Position numbers and translations under genes: made by a program. This document shows, piece after piece, positions 21,581 through 32,781 of a stretch of 64,000 nt of DNA (position 1 is its first letter; the number at the start of each line of letters is the position of its first letter). Location: assembly GCA_035765755.1 (NCBI GenBank), contig DASTWW010000212.1, positions 4,929 through 68,928 on the forward strand, given 5' to 3'. Below the pieces are notes generated by a model. The model had not been told where the DNA came from. It ran no database searches and saw only the letters and a list, made by a program, of their open reading frames with translations. This stretch comes from Nocardioidaceae bacterium (GTDB taxonomy: Bacteria > Actinomycetota > Actinomycetes > Propionibacteriales > Nocardioidaceae).

Positions 21581-23085
21581 GCGGACACGGACACGGCCGG
21601 CCGTTGCCTGCGCGTCACCAGCCGCGAGACGAACGGACTGAGCATCACGCCTGCGCACACCAGCACCAGGACCAGCGACACCGGCCGGTCGACGAACGAG
21701 ACGAGGTCGCCGCCGGAGATCTGCAGGGCCCGTCGCAGGTTCGTCTCGAGCAGAGGCTCGAGCACGAGCGCGAGCACCGCCGGCGCCAGGGGGACCCCGG
21801 TCTCCTCCATCAGGAAGCCGATGAGGCCGAGTACCAGGAGCGTGAGCATGCTGAACAGGCTGAAGCTGAGGGCGTAGGCACCCAGCACCACGAACGCGAG
21901 CACACCGGAGAACAGCAGCGGTGTGGGGATGCTCAGCAGCTTGATGAAGATGCCCACCAGCGGCAGGTTCAGCGCAAGGAGTACGGCGTTGCCGACGTAC
22001 ATGCTCGCGATGATGGCCCAGACCAGCCCCGGGTTGCTCTGGAAGAGCAAGGGTCCTGGCTGCAGGCCGTACATCATGAACACGAACAGGAGCAGCGCGG
22101 TGGTGGCTGACCCGGGAATGCCCAGGCTCAGCAGCGGAACCATGGCTCCGCCGACGCCCGCGTTGTTGGCGGCTTCCGGGCCGGCCACGCCTTCGATCGC
22201 GCCCTTGCCGAACTCGTCCTTGTGCTTCGAGATCCGCTTCTCCAGCACGTAGGACATGAACGCAGCGAGCGACGGGCCGATGCCGGGAAGCACGCCGATG
22301 ATGAAGCCCAGCACGGATCCGCGCGCGTAGGGGCCGCGCGAACGCCGCCAGTCCTCGCGGCTCATCCACAGACCGCCCTGCACCTTCATCGGCTTCACGG
22401 CCTTGCCACGGTGGGCGAGGTTGTTGACCGCTTCCGGGATGGCGAACAGCGCCATCGCGAAGATCGCGAAGTCGATACCGTCCTGCAGCTGAAGGATGCC
22501 GAACGTCTCCCGTGGCGTGCCGGTCTGCGGGTCCAGCCCGATGACGCCGACAGCGAGCCCCAGCAGGGTGGCCGTCCAGGCCTTGAGGCGCGAACCCGTG
22601 GTGAGCGTGGAGGCCATCATCAGCGCCAGCAGCATCAGCAGGAAGTACTCCTGGGCGCCCAGGAACACCGCCACCTTCACCAGGACCGGCGACAGCAGCA
22701 TCAGGCCGACCACGGCCGCGGTGCCGGCGATGAACGAGCCGACCGCTGCGGTCGCGAGCGCTGGGCCGGCACGGCCGCGCCGGGCCATCTCATAGCCGTC
22801 GATGGCGGTCACGACGCTGGCCACTTCGCCGGGCGTTCGGATCAGGGTGGCGGTGATGGAGCCGCCGTACATCGACCCGTAGTAGATCGCCGACAGCAGG
22901 ATCAGGCCGTGCACCGGTTCCATCCCGAACGAGAGTGGGATCAGCAGCGCGATAGCAGTGATGGGCCCGATGCCCGGCAGGACGCCGATGATCGTGCCGA
23001 TCATGACGCCGATGCACGCGAACATCAGCGCCTGCGGGCTGAGAGCCAGAGCGAACCCGGAAGCCAGGCCGGAGAACATGTCCAT
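21577..23085 (-). CDS. tctA: tripartite tricarboxylate transporter permease TctA
   Basis: 503 aa, polytopic. MDMFSGLASGF..., GVLPGIGP repeated twice, typical of TctA. ATG 23085 with AGGGGAAAG RBS. Confidence 0.9.
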   Translation of the reverse strand: MDMFSGLASGFALALSPQALMFACIGVMIGTIIGVLPGIGPITAIALLIPLSFGMEPVHGLILLSAIYYGSMYGGSITATLIRTPGEVASVVTAIDGYEMARRGRAGPALATAAVGSFIAGTAAVVGLMLLSPVLVKVAVFLGAQEYFLLMLLALMMASTLTTGSRLKAWTATLLGLAVGVIGLDPQTGTPRETFGILQLQDGIDFAIFAMALFAIPEAVNNLAHRGKAVKPMKVQGGLWMSREDWRRSRGPYARGSVLGFIIGVLPGIGPSLAAFMSYVLEKRISKHKDEFGKGAIEGVAGPEAANNAGVGGAMVPLLSLGIPGSATTALLLFVFMMYGLQPGPLLFQSNPGLVWAIIASMYVGNAVLLALNLPLVGIFIKLLSIPTPLLFSGVLAFVVLGAYALSFSLFSMLTLLVLGLIGFLMEETGVPLAPAVLALVLEPLLETNLRRALQISGGDLVSFVDRPVSLVLVLVCAGVMLSPFVSRLVTRRQRPAVSVSA

Positions 23086-23096
23086 GCAGCTTTCCC

Positions 23097-23636
23097 CTAT
23101 CCGAGCAGTCCGGGTGGCAGCTGCACCTGGAGACCGCGCGTGAAGACCAGATAGACCACCACTGCGAAGGCAGCGGCGAACAGCGAGTTGCGAAGCACCT
23201 TCCGTGGCTCGGTGTACGTCGTCAGAGCCACCAAGAACGCGAACGTCGACACGACGTACCCCAGCGGGATGAACACCAGGACGTACCCGGTGAGCAGCCC
23301 GAACGTCACGATGAGCCGTTGGTGCGTCCGCCACGAGGAGCCGGCGGACTCCTCGTCAGCGTCGCCGTCCGACATCGATGCGGTCGTTCGGATCTCGTCC
23401 GGAGGCGCAGGCTGTTCCTCCGGACGAGATCCGGGACGCAACCCCCGCACCACGAGAGCGATCGACACGAGCACCGCCGCGGCGCCGATGATGAGCGGAG
23501 CCACCCGGGGTCCGAGCACCTTGAACGCAGACGGATCCGGGGTGATGGTCAGGGCTCCGATGACGAAGACCAAGCCGAGAAGGCCGGTCACGCCGCCGAG
23601 AGCCACGTCTCGAGGTATGGGTCGGTTGTCATTCAT
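23097..23636 (-). CDS. tctB: tripartite tricarboxylate transporter TctB family small membrane subunit
   Basis: 179-aa 4-TM protein located between tctC and tctA. Confidence 0.75.
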   Translation of the reverse strand: MNDNRPIPRDVALGGVTGLLGLVFVIGALTITPDPSAFKVLGPRVAPLIIGAAAVLVSIALVVRGLRPGSRPEEQPAPPDEIRTTASMSDGDADEESAGSSWRTHQRLIVTFGLLTGYVLVFIPLGYVVSTFAFLVALTTYTEPRKVLRNSLFAAAFAVVVYLVFTRGLQVQLPPGLLG

Positions 23637-23646
23637 GTGTCGTCCT

Positions 23647-24672
23647 TCAGCTGATGGCGCCGGTGTCCTTCAGCCCCTCCTTGATGTCCTCGTTGGCCTT
23701 GGCCAGGTAGGAGTTCATGTCGTCACCGATCAGGTAGAGCTCCTGCCACTGGTTGCGCTTGGCCAGCTCGTCCCACGTCGGGGTGGCCAGGGTCTGCTTG
23801 AGCTTGTCCTGCCAGTAGCTGATCGCGTCCTGGCTCATCCCCGGAGGGCCGTAGATGCCTCGCCAGTTGCCGAGGGTCACGTCGTAGCCCAGCGACGGAG
23901 CGGTGGGGATGTTGTCGAGCGGCGGGTCGAGGGGCTTGTCCCGCATCACGGCGAGGCCCTTCAGGTCGCCCGACTCGATCTGGCCGCGGAACTCGCTGAC
24001 GCCGGCAACCGCGGCGGACACGTCACCGTTGAGCAGAGCGGTGATCTCGTCGCCGCCGCCCTCGTACTCGATGAAGTTGATCTTCGACGGGTCACCGCCC
24101 GCCGCCTTGACCAGGAGAGCGAAGGGAAGCTGGTCGTCGCCCGACGCCGCCACCGGCACCGACTGGGGATCCTGCTTGATCGCTGCCAGCAGGTCGTCCG
24201 CGGACTGGTACTTGGAGTCCGAGGGCACGACAAGCAGGTAGTTCTCCACCATGATCGTCGCGATCATGCTGACCTCGTGGTAGTTGTGGTCGCACTCGCC
24301 GCGGAGGTACGTCGACAGGATCGGTGTCGAGGTGACGGCGATGTTGTAGTCATCGCCCTTGTGGGCGTTCACCATCTGACCGAGCCAGACGCACCCCGTA
24401 GCGCCGGTGCGGTTCTGCACCGGGATCGGGCTGTCGGCCAGGTCCTCCTTGTCCATCGCCTCGACGAGCGCCCGCGCGGTGGTGTCCCAGCCGGAGCCGG
24501 GGTCGGCAGGAGCGGTGAGGGTCACCGGCTGGCTGGGGTAGTTGCTGTCCCCCGAGCCGGAGTCACCGCTGGATGCGTTCGACGAGCCGCAACCTGCCAC
24601 CAGCAGGGCCACGCACGCCGCCACAGCCACCCGGGCCGGGGCCCCACCCAGACCCTGTAGTTTCGGCCTCAT
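23647..24672 (-). CDS. tctC: tripartite tricarboxylate transporter substrate-binding protein (Bug/TctC family), lipoprotein
   Basis: Lipobox LLVAGCGSS after ATG 24672. The body resembles the Bug/TctC fold (PAGSGWDTTARAL..., GNWRGIYGPPGM). Confidence 0.85.
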   Translation of the reverse strand: MRPKLQGLGGAPARVAVAACVALLVAGCGSSNASSGDSGSGDSNYPSQPVTLTAPADPGSGWDTTARALVEAMDKEDLADSPIPVQNRTGATGCVWLGQMVNAHKGDDYNIAVTSTPILSTYLRGECDHNYHEVSMIATIMVENYLLVVPSDSKYQSADDLLAAIKQDPQSVPVAASGDDQLPFALLVKAAGGDPSKINFIEYEGGGDEITALLNGDVSAAVAGVSEFRGQIESGDLKGLAVMRDKPLDPPLDNIPTAPSLGYDVTLGNWRGIYGPPGMSQDAISYWQDKLKQTLATPTWDELAKRNQWQELYLIGDDMNSYLAKANEDIKEGLKDTGAIS

Positions 24673-24730
24673 CTTCACTTCTACTCCGTTCCGCGTCGCT
24701 AAGCCGTGACGCTTGGTTGAGTCCGCAGCC

Positions 24731-25726
24731 CTACTTCTGGAGCTGCTGGCCTGATGGGGAAGGGTGCAGGACCCACGAGGGGGCGGCACGACTGAGAGAG
24801 CTCTCGAGCGGGTGGTCGACGACCGGCGCCACCTGGTTCCTGGCGATCGCCGTGAGGGCGTCCAGATCCACGCCGGTCTCCACACCCATCAGCTCGAGCA
24901 TGTGCACCAGGTCCTCGGTGGCGATGTTGCCGGTGGCGCCCGGTGCGTAGGGGCACCCGCCCAGCCCCCCGACCGAGGAGTCGAAGTCTTTGATGCCGGC
25001 GGCCATGCCGGCGATCACGTTCGCCAACCCCAGTCCGCGGGTGTCGTGCAGGTGCAGGGCGAAGGTGATGTCCGGGAAGTCCCGCACCAGGCGGCTGGAG
25101 AGCTCGTGGACGTGTGCGGGGTCCGCCACGCCGGAGGTGTCCGCGGCGGTGACGCGACGCACGCCCATGTCGTGGTAGGCGCCGACGACCCAGCTGACGC
25201 GGTCGTAGCCCATCCGCCCCTCGAACGGGCAGCCGAGCGCGGTGGCCATGCCGCCCACGACCTCGACGCCGAACTCCTGGGCGAGGGCCACGACGTCGCG
25301 CATGGTCTCGAGCGCGTCGGCGGTGGGGCGGTTGGCGTTGGCGAGGCTGTGGGCGTCGCTGACCGAGAGCATCGTCTCCCAGACGTCTGCCTCGTGGGGC
25401 AGGGCTCGTTGTGCGCCCTTGAGGTTGGGCACCAGCACGGCATAGCTGACGCCGGGGGCCCGGGTGATGCCCGCCATCACCTGCTCGGCGTCCTGCAGCT
25501 GCGGCACCGCCTGTGGCCGCACGAAGGAGGTCGCCTGCACGTGCGCCAGTCCGGTGGCGGACAGGGCGTCGATGATCTGGATCTTCGTGGCGGTGTCGAT
25601 GACGGTCTTCTCGAGCTGGAAGCCGTCCCGGGGGCCCACTTCGTTGACGTCCACCCGAGCGGGCAGCTCGAACGGGAGGCTCCCGGGCCGTCCGACGTAC
25701 GCCGAGGGCGTCAGCACGCGCGTCAT
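24731..25726 (-). CDS. HMG-CoA-lyase-like (HMGL family) acyl-CoA lyase
   Basis: VNEVGPRDGFQ, TSFV, HLHDTRGLGLANV, GGLGGCPYAPGATGN motifs. The ATG lies 1 nt after the CoA-transferase stop. Confidence 0.85.
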   Translation of the reverse strand: MTRVLTPSAYVGRPGSLPFELPARVDVNEVGPRDGFQLEKTVIDTATKIQIIDALSATGLAHVQATSFVRPQAVPQLQDAEQVMAGITRAPGVSYAVLVPNLKGAQRALPHEADVWETMLSVSDAHSLANANRPTADALETMRDVVALAQEFGVEVVGGMATALGCPFEGRMGYDRVSWVVGAYHDMGVRRVTAADTSGVADPAHVHELSSRLVRDFPDITFALHLHDTRGLGLANVIAGMAAGIKDFDSSVGGLGGCPYAPGATGNIATEDLVHMLELMGVETGVDLDALTAIARNQVAPVVDHPLESSLSRAAPSWVLHPSPSGQQLQK

Positions 25727-25727
25727 C

Positions 25728-26951
25728 TCAGATGATTCCTTTCTCAGCCAGTGCGGCGATGTCGTCGGGCGACAGCCCCACCTCGGTGAACACCTCGTCG
25801 TTGTGCTCGCCCAGGCCCGGGCTGGGACGGTGAACGCCCCCCGGGGTTCGGCTGTACTTCGGGGTGACGCCGGGCAGGCGCAGGCTGCCCAGGGTTGGGT
25901 GCTCGATCTGCACGAGCATCTCCCTGGCCTGGTAGTGCGGGTCCTCGAAGATCTGCGCGATGTCGTTGACCGGTGAGACGGGGACGCCGTGGGCGTTGCA
26001 GATGTCCTGGATCTCCGCGGTTGGGTGCTCGGCGAACCAGGCGCCGACGATCGCGTCGACCTCCTCCCGGCGTTCCAGGCGAGCACGGTTGGTGCTGTAG
26101 CGGGGGTCGGTGACCATGTCGGGACGGTCGATCGCGGCGGCCAACCGGTTGAAGGTGCGGTCCGTGCTGGTGGTGAGCACGAGCCAGTCGCCGTCCTTGG
26201 ACTCGTACATCCCGGCGGGCACGGACGCGGAGAGCTGGTTTCCCGCACGCTGACGGACGACCCCGAGCTGGTCGTGCTCGCTGACCAGGCCCTCGAGCAG
26301 GCGGAACATCGACTCGTAGAGGGTGACGTCCACCTCCTGGGCCACCCCTCCGCGCGCGTCGCGCAGGTACAGGGCGGCGAGCGCCCCCACGGCGGCGAAC
26401 ATCCCCGTGGCGTAGTCGGCGAGCGAGATCGGCGGCAGGATCGGCGGCCGGTCGGCGTACCCGCTGATGTAGGCGTAGCCACTGAACGCGGTGGCGGGGG
26501 TCCCGAAGCCGGCGCGGTCCCGGTAGGGCCCGGTCTGGCCGAAGCCGCTGACCCGGACCACGATGATGTCCGGGTTGGCCTCGCGCAGCCGGTCGAGCCC
26601 GAGACCCCAGCGGTCCATGGTGCCCGGCCGGAAGTTCTCGATGAGCACGTCGCTGGCGGCCAGCAGCCGGCAGAACACCTCTTGTCCTTCGGCGGACTTC
26701 AGGTCGAGGGTGACGCCTCGCTTGTTGCGCGCCGAGGCAGCCCACACGAGGGACTCGTCACCCTGGAAGGGTCCCAGCGCGCGAAGCGGGTCTCCGCTCC
26801 CGGGCTTCTCGACCTTGATGACGTCCGCGCCCATGTCACCGAGCAGCGCGGCCGCGAAGGGGCCGGCGTACACGGTGGCGATGTCCAGCACCCGCATTCC
26901 CGACAGCGGACCGCGCGAGGGTGCCTCCCGGCCGGTGGTCTTACCGCTCAT
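25728..26951 (-). CDS. class III (CaiB/BaiF family) CoA-transferase
   Basis: GPLSGMRVLDIATVYAGPFAAALLGDMGADVIKVE is a typical family III N-terminus; 407 aa. Confidence 0.9.
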   Translation of the reverse strand: MSGKTTGREAPSRGPLSGMRVLDIATVYAGPFAAALLGDMGADVIKVEKPGSGDPLRALGPFQGDESLVWAASARNKRGVTLDLKSAEGQEVFCRLLAASDVLIENFRPGTMDRWGLGLDRLREANPDIIVVRVSGFGQTGPYRDRAGFGTPATAFSGYAYISGYADRPPILPPISLADYATGMFAAVGALAALYLRDARGGVAQEVDVTLYESMFRLLEGLVSEHDQLGVVRQRAGNQLSASVPAGMYESKDGDWLVLTTSTDRTFNRLAAAIDRPDMVTDPRYSTNRARLERREEVDAIVGAWFAEHPTAEIQDICNAHGVPVSPVNDIAQIFEDPHYQAREMLVQIEHPTLGSLRLPGVTPKYSRTPGGVHRPSPGLGEHNDEVFTEVGLSPDDIAALAEKGII

Positions 26952-27724
26952 GTCGCGTCCGCCTGGGTGCGGGCGCCCGCGTAGCCGATCGCCGCGGAGG
27001 TCCGCGCCGCGGCCTCGAGGATGGCTTCACGTGCCGAGGAACGGACTTCCGGATCCACGAACCGGGTGGTCGGACCGGACAGCACCATCGCGGCGACCAC
27101 CGACCCGGTGTGGTCGCGCACCGGCGCCGCGATCGAGCTGACTCCGTCCTCCCGTTCGCCGTCGCTCTCCGCCCATCCGCACTCGCGGGTGTGGGTGAGC
27201 TCCTGCTCCCAGGCCGCGGCGTCGAAGGCGGACCGGTGCGGCTCCGCGCGGTGGCTCGCGTTGGCGAGCGAGCGCCGCTCCGGAGACGGCAGCCAGGCGA
27301 GCAGCACCTTGGAGCTGGCACCGACATGAACCGGGAAGGGCACGCCGACCTGGCCCATGGGCCGGAGGTTGCGGGGGCTGGCCATCACCTCGATCGGCAC
27401 CCGGGTGTGGCCGTGCAGGAGATGCAGCTCGGCGTTCTCCGAGGTGGTGTCCCTCAGCCATGCGAGGTGCGGCCGCGCCAGGTGGTACAGGTTCAGTCCG
27501 TCCGTGACCCGGGCTCCGAGGTGGAGCAGCTCGACCCCGAGCCGGTAGCCGGTGGCGTCGTACCCGAGAAGACCGTGCTCGGCCATGCTCTTCATCAGCC
27601 GGTAGGCGGTCGGCTGGGAGATCCCGAGCTGCTCGGCGATCTCCGGCGGCTGCAGCCGAGCTGCGCCGTCCGGGAAGGCGTGCAGGATCGCCATGACCTT
27701 GTCGAGAACCCCGACCTGCCCCAC
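26948..27724 (-). CDS. IclR-family transcriptional regulator
   Basis: N-terminal wHTH (VLDKVMAILHAF...EIAEQLGISQPTAYRLMKSM) plus an IclR effector domain. The stop overlaps the CoA-transferase start (ATGA). Confidence 0.9.
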   Translation of the reverse strand: MGQVGVLDKVMAILHAFPDGAARLQPPEIAEQLGISQPTAYRLMKSMAEHGLLGYDATGYRLGVELLHLGARVTDGLNLYHLARPHLAWLRDTTSENAELHLLHGHTRVPIEVMASPRNLRPMGQVGVPFPVHVGASSKVLLAWLPSPERRSLANASHRAEPHRSAFDAAAWEQELTHTRECGWAESDGEREDGVSSIAAPVRDHTGSVVAAMVLSGPTTRFVDPEVRSSAREAILEAAARTSAAIGYAGARTQADAT

Positions 27725-27840
27725 CGACTTCCTCCATTATTTGGAGAGTTGTTCGAAATGTGGAGGGGAGTTTGTACGGATTCGTGTGAGCGGCGCAACA
27801 CTCACGTCCGGATCGTGAGACCTGCGTCACACGACGTGCG

Positions 27841-28953
27841 TCAGAGCGCGACCCGGAAGATCCGGTCGTCCGCGGCAGCCGGGGAGCCTCGCCCGTCCCG
27901 GTTGGACGTGCCGAACCACAGTGATCCGTCCGGCGCCGCCTTGACCATCCGCAGTCGGCCGAACCGCCCGGCGAAGAACCGGTGATGGCGGTGCGGCTTG
28001 GCGAGGCCCACCGAGTACAGGCACTCGCCCTGCAGCGTGGCTAGCCAGGCCCGACCGCCCAGCACGGCCACCCCGCTGGGCGAGCAGCGGTCGGTGGGCC
28101 ACTGGGCGACCGGGTCGCGGTAGCCACCCGGACCGTCCCGCCCCTCGACGTACGGCCACCCGTAGTTGCCGCCGCGCACGATGCGGTTCAGCTCGTCGTG
28201 CGCGCTCGACCCGAGCTCGCTGGCCCACAGCCGACCGGTGCGGTCGAAGGCGAGGCCCTCGACGTTGCGATGCCCGTAGCTCCACACCGGGCTGCCGAAC
28301 GGGTTGTCGGCGGGCACGGCCCCGATCGGGGTGACCCGCAGGATCTTGCCGCTCAGGGAGTGCTTGTCCTGGGCGAGGGAGGACTGTTCGGCGTCGCCGG
28401 TGGAGATGTAGAGCATCCCGTCCGGCCCGAACGCGAGGCCGCCGCCGTTGTGGTCCACCGCGGTGCGGATGCCCTTGAGCACCAGCTGCGGCCGGCCGAG
28501 AGCGCCGTTCGTGAAGGGCATCCGCACGACCCGGTTGTCGACGTGGGTGGTGTGGTAGGCGTACAGCCAGCTTCCGCGCAGCGCCAGCCCGAGCAGCCCG
28601 CCCTCGCCGCCGAGCGGCTCCGTGCTCACCACGCCGGGCACCTCCCCGACCGGCCGATAGCCGCCGTGCGGGTGCACCAGGACGATCCGCGCCCGGTCGC
28701 GCTCGGCGACCAGGGCACCGCCGCCGGGCAGGAACGCGATGCCCCAGGGCACCGCGAGCCCGTGGGCCAGGACGTCGGTGATGCGGGGCACGCCAGCCGC
28801 CGGGCTCGCGGTGGAGCCGGGTCGGGCCGGCGATCCGGCGGTCGCGGGGGACCGGGTGGCGGGTGGGGCAGCCGAGCGGCCGGACGTGGTGCACCCCGCG
28901 GCAAGCGCGGCGGGAGCCGCGAGCGCGATGTGGAGCAGTCTACGTCGCTGCAC
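27841..28953 (-). CDS. PQQ-dependent sugar (glucose/sorbosone) dehydrogenase family protein, exported lipoprotein
   Basis: Tat-like and lipobox leader MQRRRLL...LAAGC. Beta-propeller motifs ([43 protein letters not shown]). Confidence 0.8.
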   Translation of the reverse strand: MQRRRLLHIALAAPAALAAGCTTSGRSAAPPATRSPATAGSPARPGSTASPAAGVPRITDVLAHGLAVPWGIAFLPGGGALVAERDRARIVLVHPHGGYRPVGEVPGVVSTEPLGGEGGLLGLALRGSWLYAYHTTHVDNRVVRMPFTNGALGRPQLVLKGIRTAVDHNGGGLAFGPDGMLYISTGDAEQSSLAQDKHSLSGKILRVTPIGAVPADNPFGSPVWSYGHRNVEGLAFDRTGRLWASELGSSAHDELNRIVRGGNYGWPYVEGRDGPGGYRDPVAQWPTDRCSPSGVAVLGGRAWLATLQGECLYSVGLAKPHRHHRFFAGRFGRLRMVKAAPDGSLWFGTSNRDGRGSPAAADDRIFRVAL

Positions 28954-29091
28954 CGGCCGTCCCTCCGTCGTACTCCTCGACGCTGCCCACGCTCACACCC
29001 CGCGCCGGTCGCGGCAAGGGCCCGCCCTTGTAGATTTGGTTCGCCGCAACACTGCAGCACCTCACCCGTTCGACCCGGAAGCCACGACTCG

Positions 29092-31392
<2,301 letters not shown>

Positions 31393-31397
31393 TCCTG

Positions 31398-31455
31398 ACC
31401 GACATCGGTGCGTCCACCGCGACGTATGGGTCGCGTTATCGACACGATGTCGGTA
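31398..31455 (-). repeat. Intergenic 45-bp-unit repeat family, locus C (1 unit plus terminal half-unit, reverse orientation)
   Basis: The reverse complement reads TACCGACATCGTGTCGATAACGCGACCCATACGTCGCGGTGGACG then CACCGATGTCGGT. It lies between the convergent stop codons of purL and the DUF1906 gene. Confidence 0.85.
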
Positions 31456-31459
31456 AAGA

Positions 31460-32770
31460 TCAGCGGGCGCCGGACTGGAACTCGGCCCAGGTGTCCGAGG
31501 CGACCACGCCGGTGGCCGGCAGGCCGAGCGACTTCTGGTAGTCGCTGACGGCGGCAGTGGTGGCCCGGTCGAAGATGCCCGTGACGTCCAACCGGGCGCC
31601 GGTCGCCGCGTTGAGGGCGCGTTGCACCCGTCGTACGGCGTCGCTCGCCGACCCCTGCTTGAGCACCGGGGAGGATCCCGCCGACAGCAGCGCGGTCCAG
31701 GTGCTCGCCGTCATCGCCCCGGACACCCGCAGGTGCCGGCTGCGCTGGAACCCTCGGGTGGCGCGCACGGTCGGCCGGGTGAACCGGCCGGTGATCCGTC
31801 CGACGTCGAAGCCGTGCTGCCGGAGCAGACACTGCGCCGCCTTCACCTGACCGCTGCGGGCGCCGCGGGTCAGCAGGCGGTAGCGGGCGAAGTCGACCCG
31901 CACTCCGCAGGTACGACGCGGGGACGGGGCCACCGAGCCGCGTCCGACATCCATGAAGCTGCGATCGATCGACAGGGTCACCCCGCCGTACGTCGCCGAG
32001 CGGTCCAGCCGGAACTGGTGGATGCGCCGGTGCGGTGCCCAGCTGGACGGACGCACCCAGCTGCGGCGGATCCAGGTGTCGGCGCGGCCGTTGTCCCAGG
32101 CGTACCAGACCTGGTCCGGCTCGACGTAGGCCGTGGGTGACACCTTGTCGGCGAAGTCGATGGACGCGATGGCCGCGGCGACGTTCGCGTAGACCCCCGA
32201 GACGAAGCCAAGCTGGTGCAACCGTCGGCTCCACGAGGACAGGAAGTTCAGCACCGACCGGCGGCAGTCGTCGCCGGCGAGCGGGTAGTCCTCCATGTCG
32301 TACCAGAGGGTGCTGCCCGCCGGGATACCGAGAGCGCGGGCGGCCTGGACGGCGTGGAATGCCTGGCGGCGCCCCTCTCGCCGGGCGGCCCGGTAGCCGC
32401 CTGCGGGCTCGGGGCTCACGACAGAGGCGTACTCCCGCTGCGCGCACGATGCCTGCGGACCCACCCAGATCGGCAGCACCCGCCACCCCCGACGCGACTG
32501 CCGGCGCACCCAGCCGGCGTCCAGGTAGGTCTGGTCCTTGCACTGCCTGTTGCTGCCGCCGATGTAGACACCGACACCCCAGAACGGCGACCCGGTCCGC
32601 CAGGCGTCCATCTCCGCGTTCGACGGCGCGCAGCGGGTGTCGAACGCGACCCCGGTGAACGAGCCGGGCGTGGGTCGCGGCGCCGACACGGCCGAGGAGG
32701 CCGGGGCGAGCGCGCCGAGCACGGCAAGGGTCAGCGCGCCCGCGAAGGCGCCCAGGGTACGACGGGACAC
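31460..32770 (-). CDS. secreted DUF1906 (Rv2525c-like glycoside-hydrolase-like) protein with two C-terminal peptidoglycan-binding domains
   Basis: Signal peptide; GVAFDTRCAPS...WGVGVYIGG...RQCKDQ core. Two PG_binding_1-like repeats (VKAAQCLL...GRFTRPTVRATRGFQ and VRRVQRAL...GIFDRATTAAVSDYQ). Confidence 0.75.
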   Translation of the reverse strand: MSRRTLGAFAGALTLAVLGALAPASSAVSAPRPTPGSFTGVAFDTRCAPSNAEMDAWRTGSPFWGVGVYIGGSNRQCKDQTYLDAGWVRRQSRRGWRVLPIWVGPQASCAQREYASVVSPEPAGGYRAARREGRRQAFHAVQAARALGIPAGSTLWYDMEDYPLAGDDCRRSVLNFLSSWSRRLHQLGFVSGVYANVAAAIASIDFADKVSPTAYVEPDQVWYAWDNGRADTWIRRSWVRPSSWAPHRRIHQFRLDRSATYGGVTLSIDRSFMDVGRGSVAPSPRRTCGVRVDFARYRLLTRGARSGQVKAAQCLLRQHGFDVGRITGRFTRPTVRATRGFQRSRHLRVSGAMTASTWTALLSAGSSPVLKQGSASDAVRRVQRALNAATGARLDVTGIFDRATTAAVSDYQKSLGLPATGVVASDTWAEFQSGAR

Positions 32771-32781
32771 GGGCGGTTACG

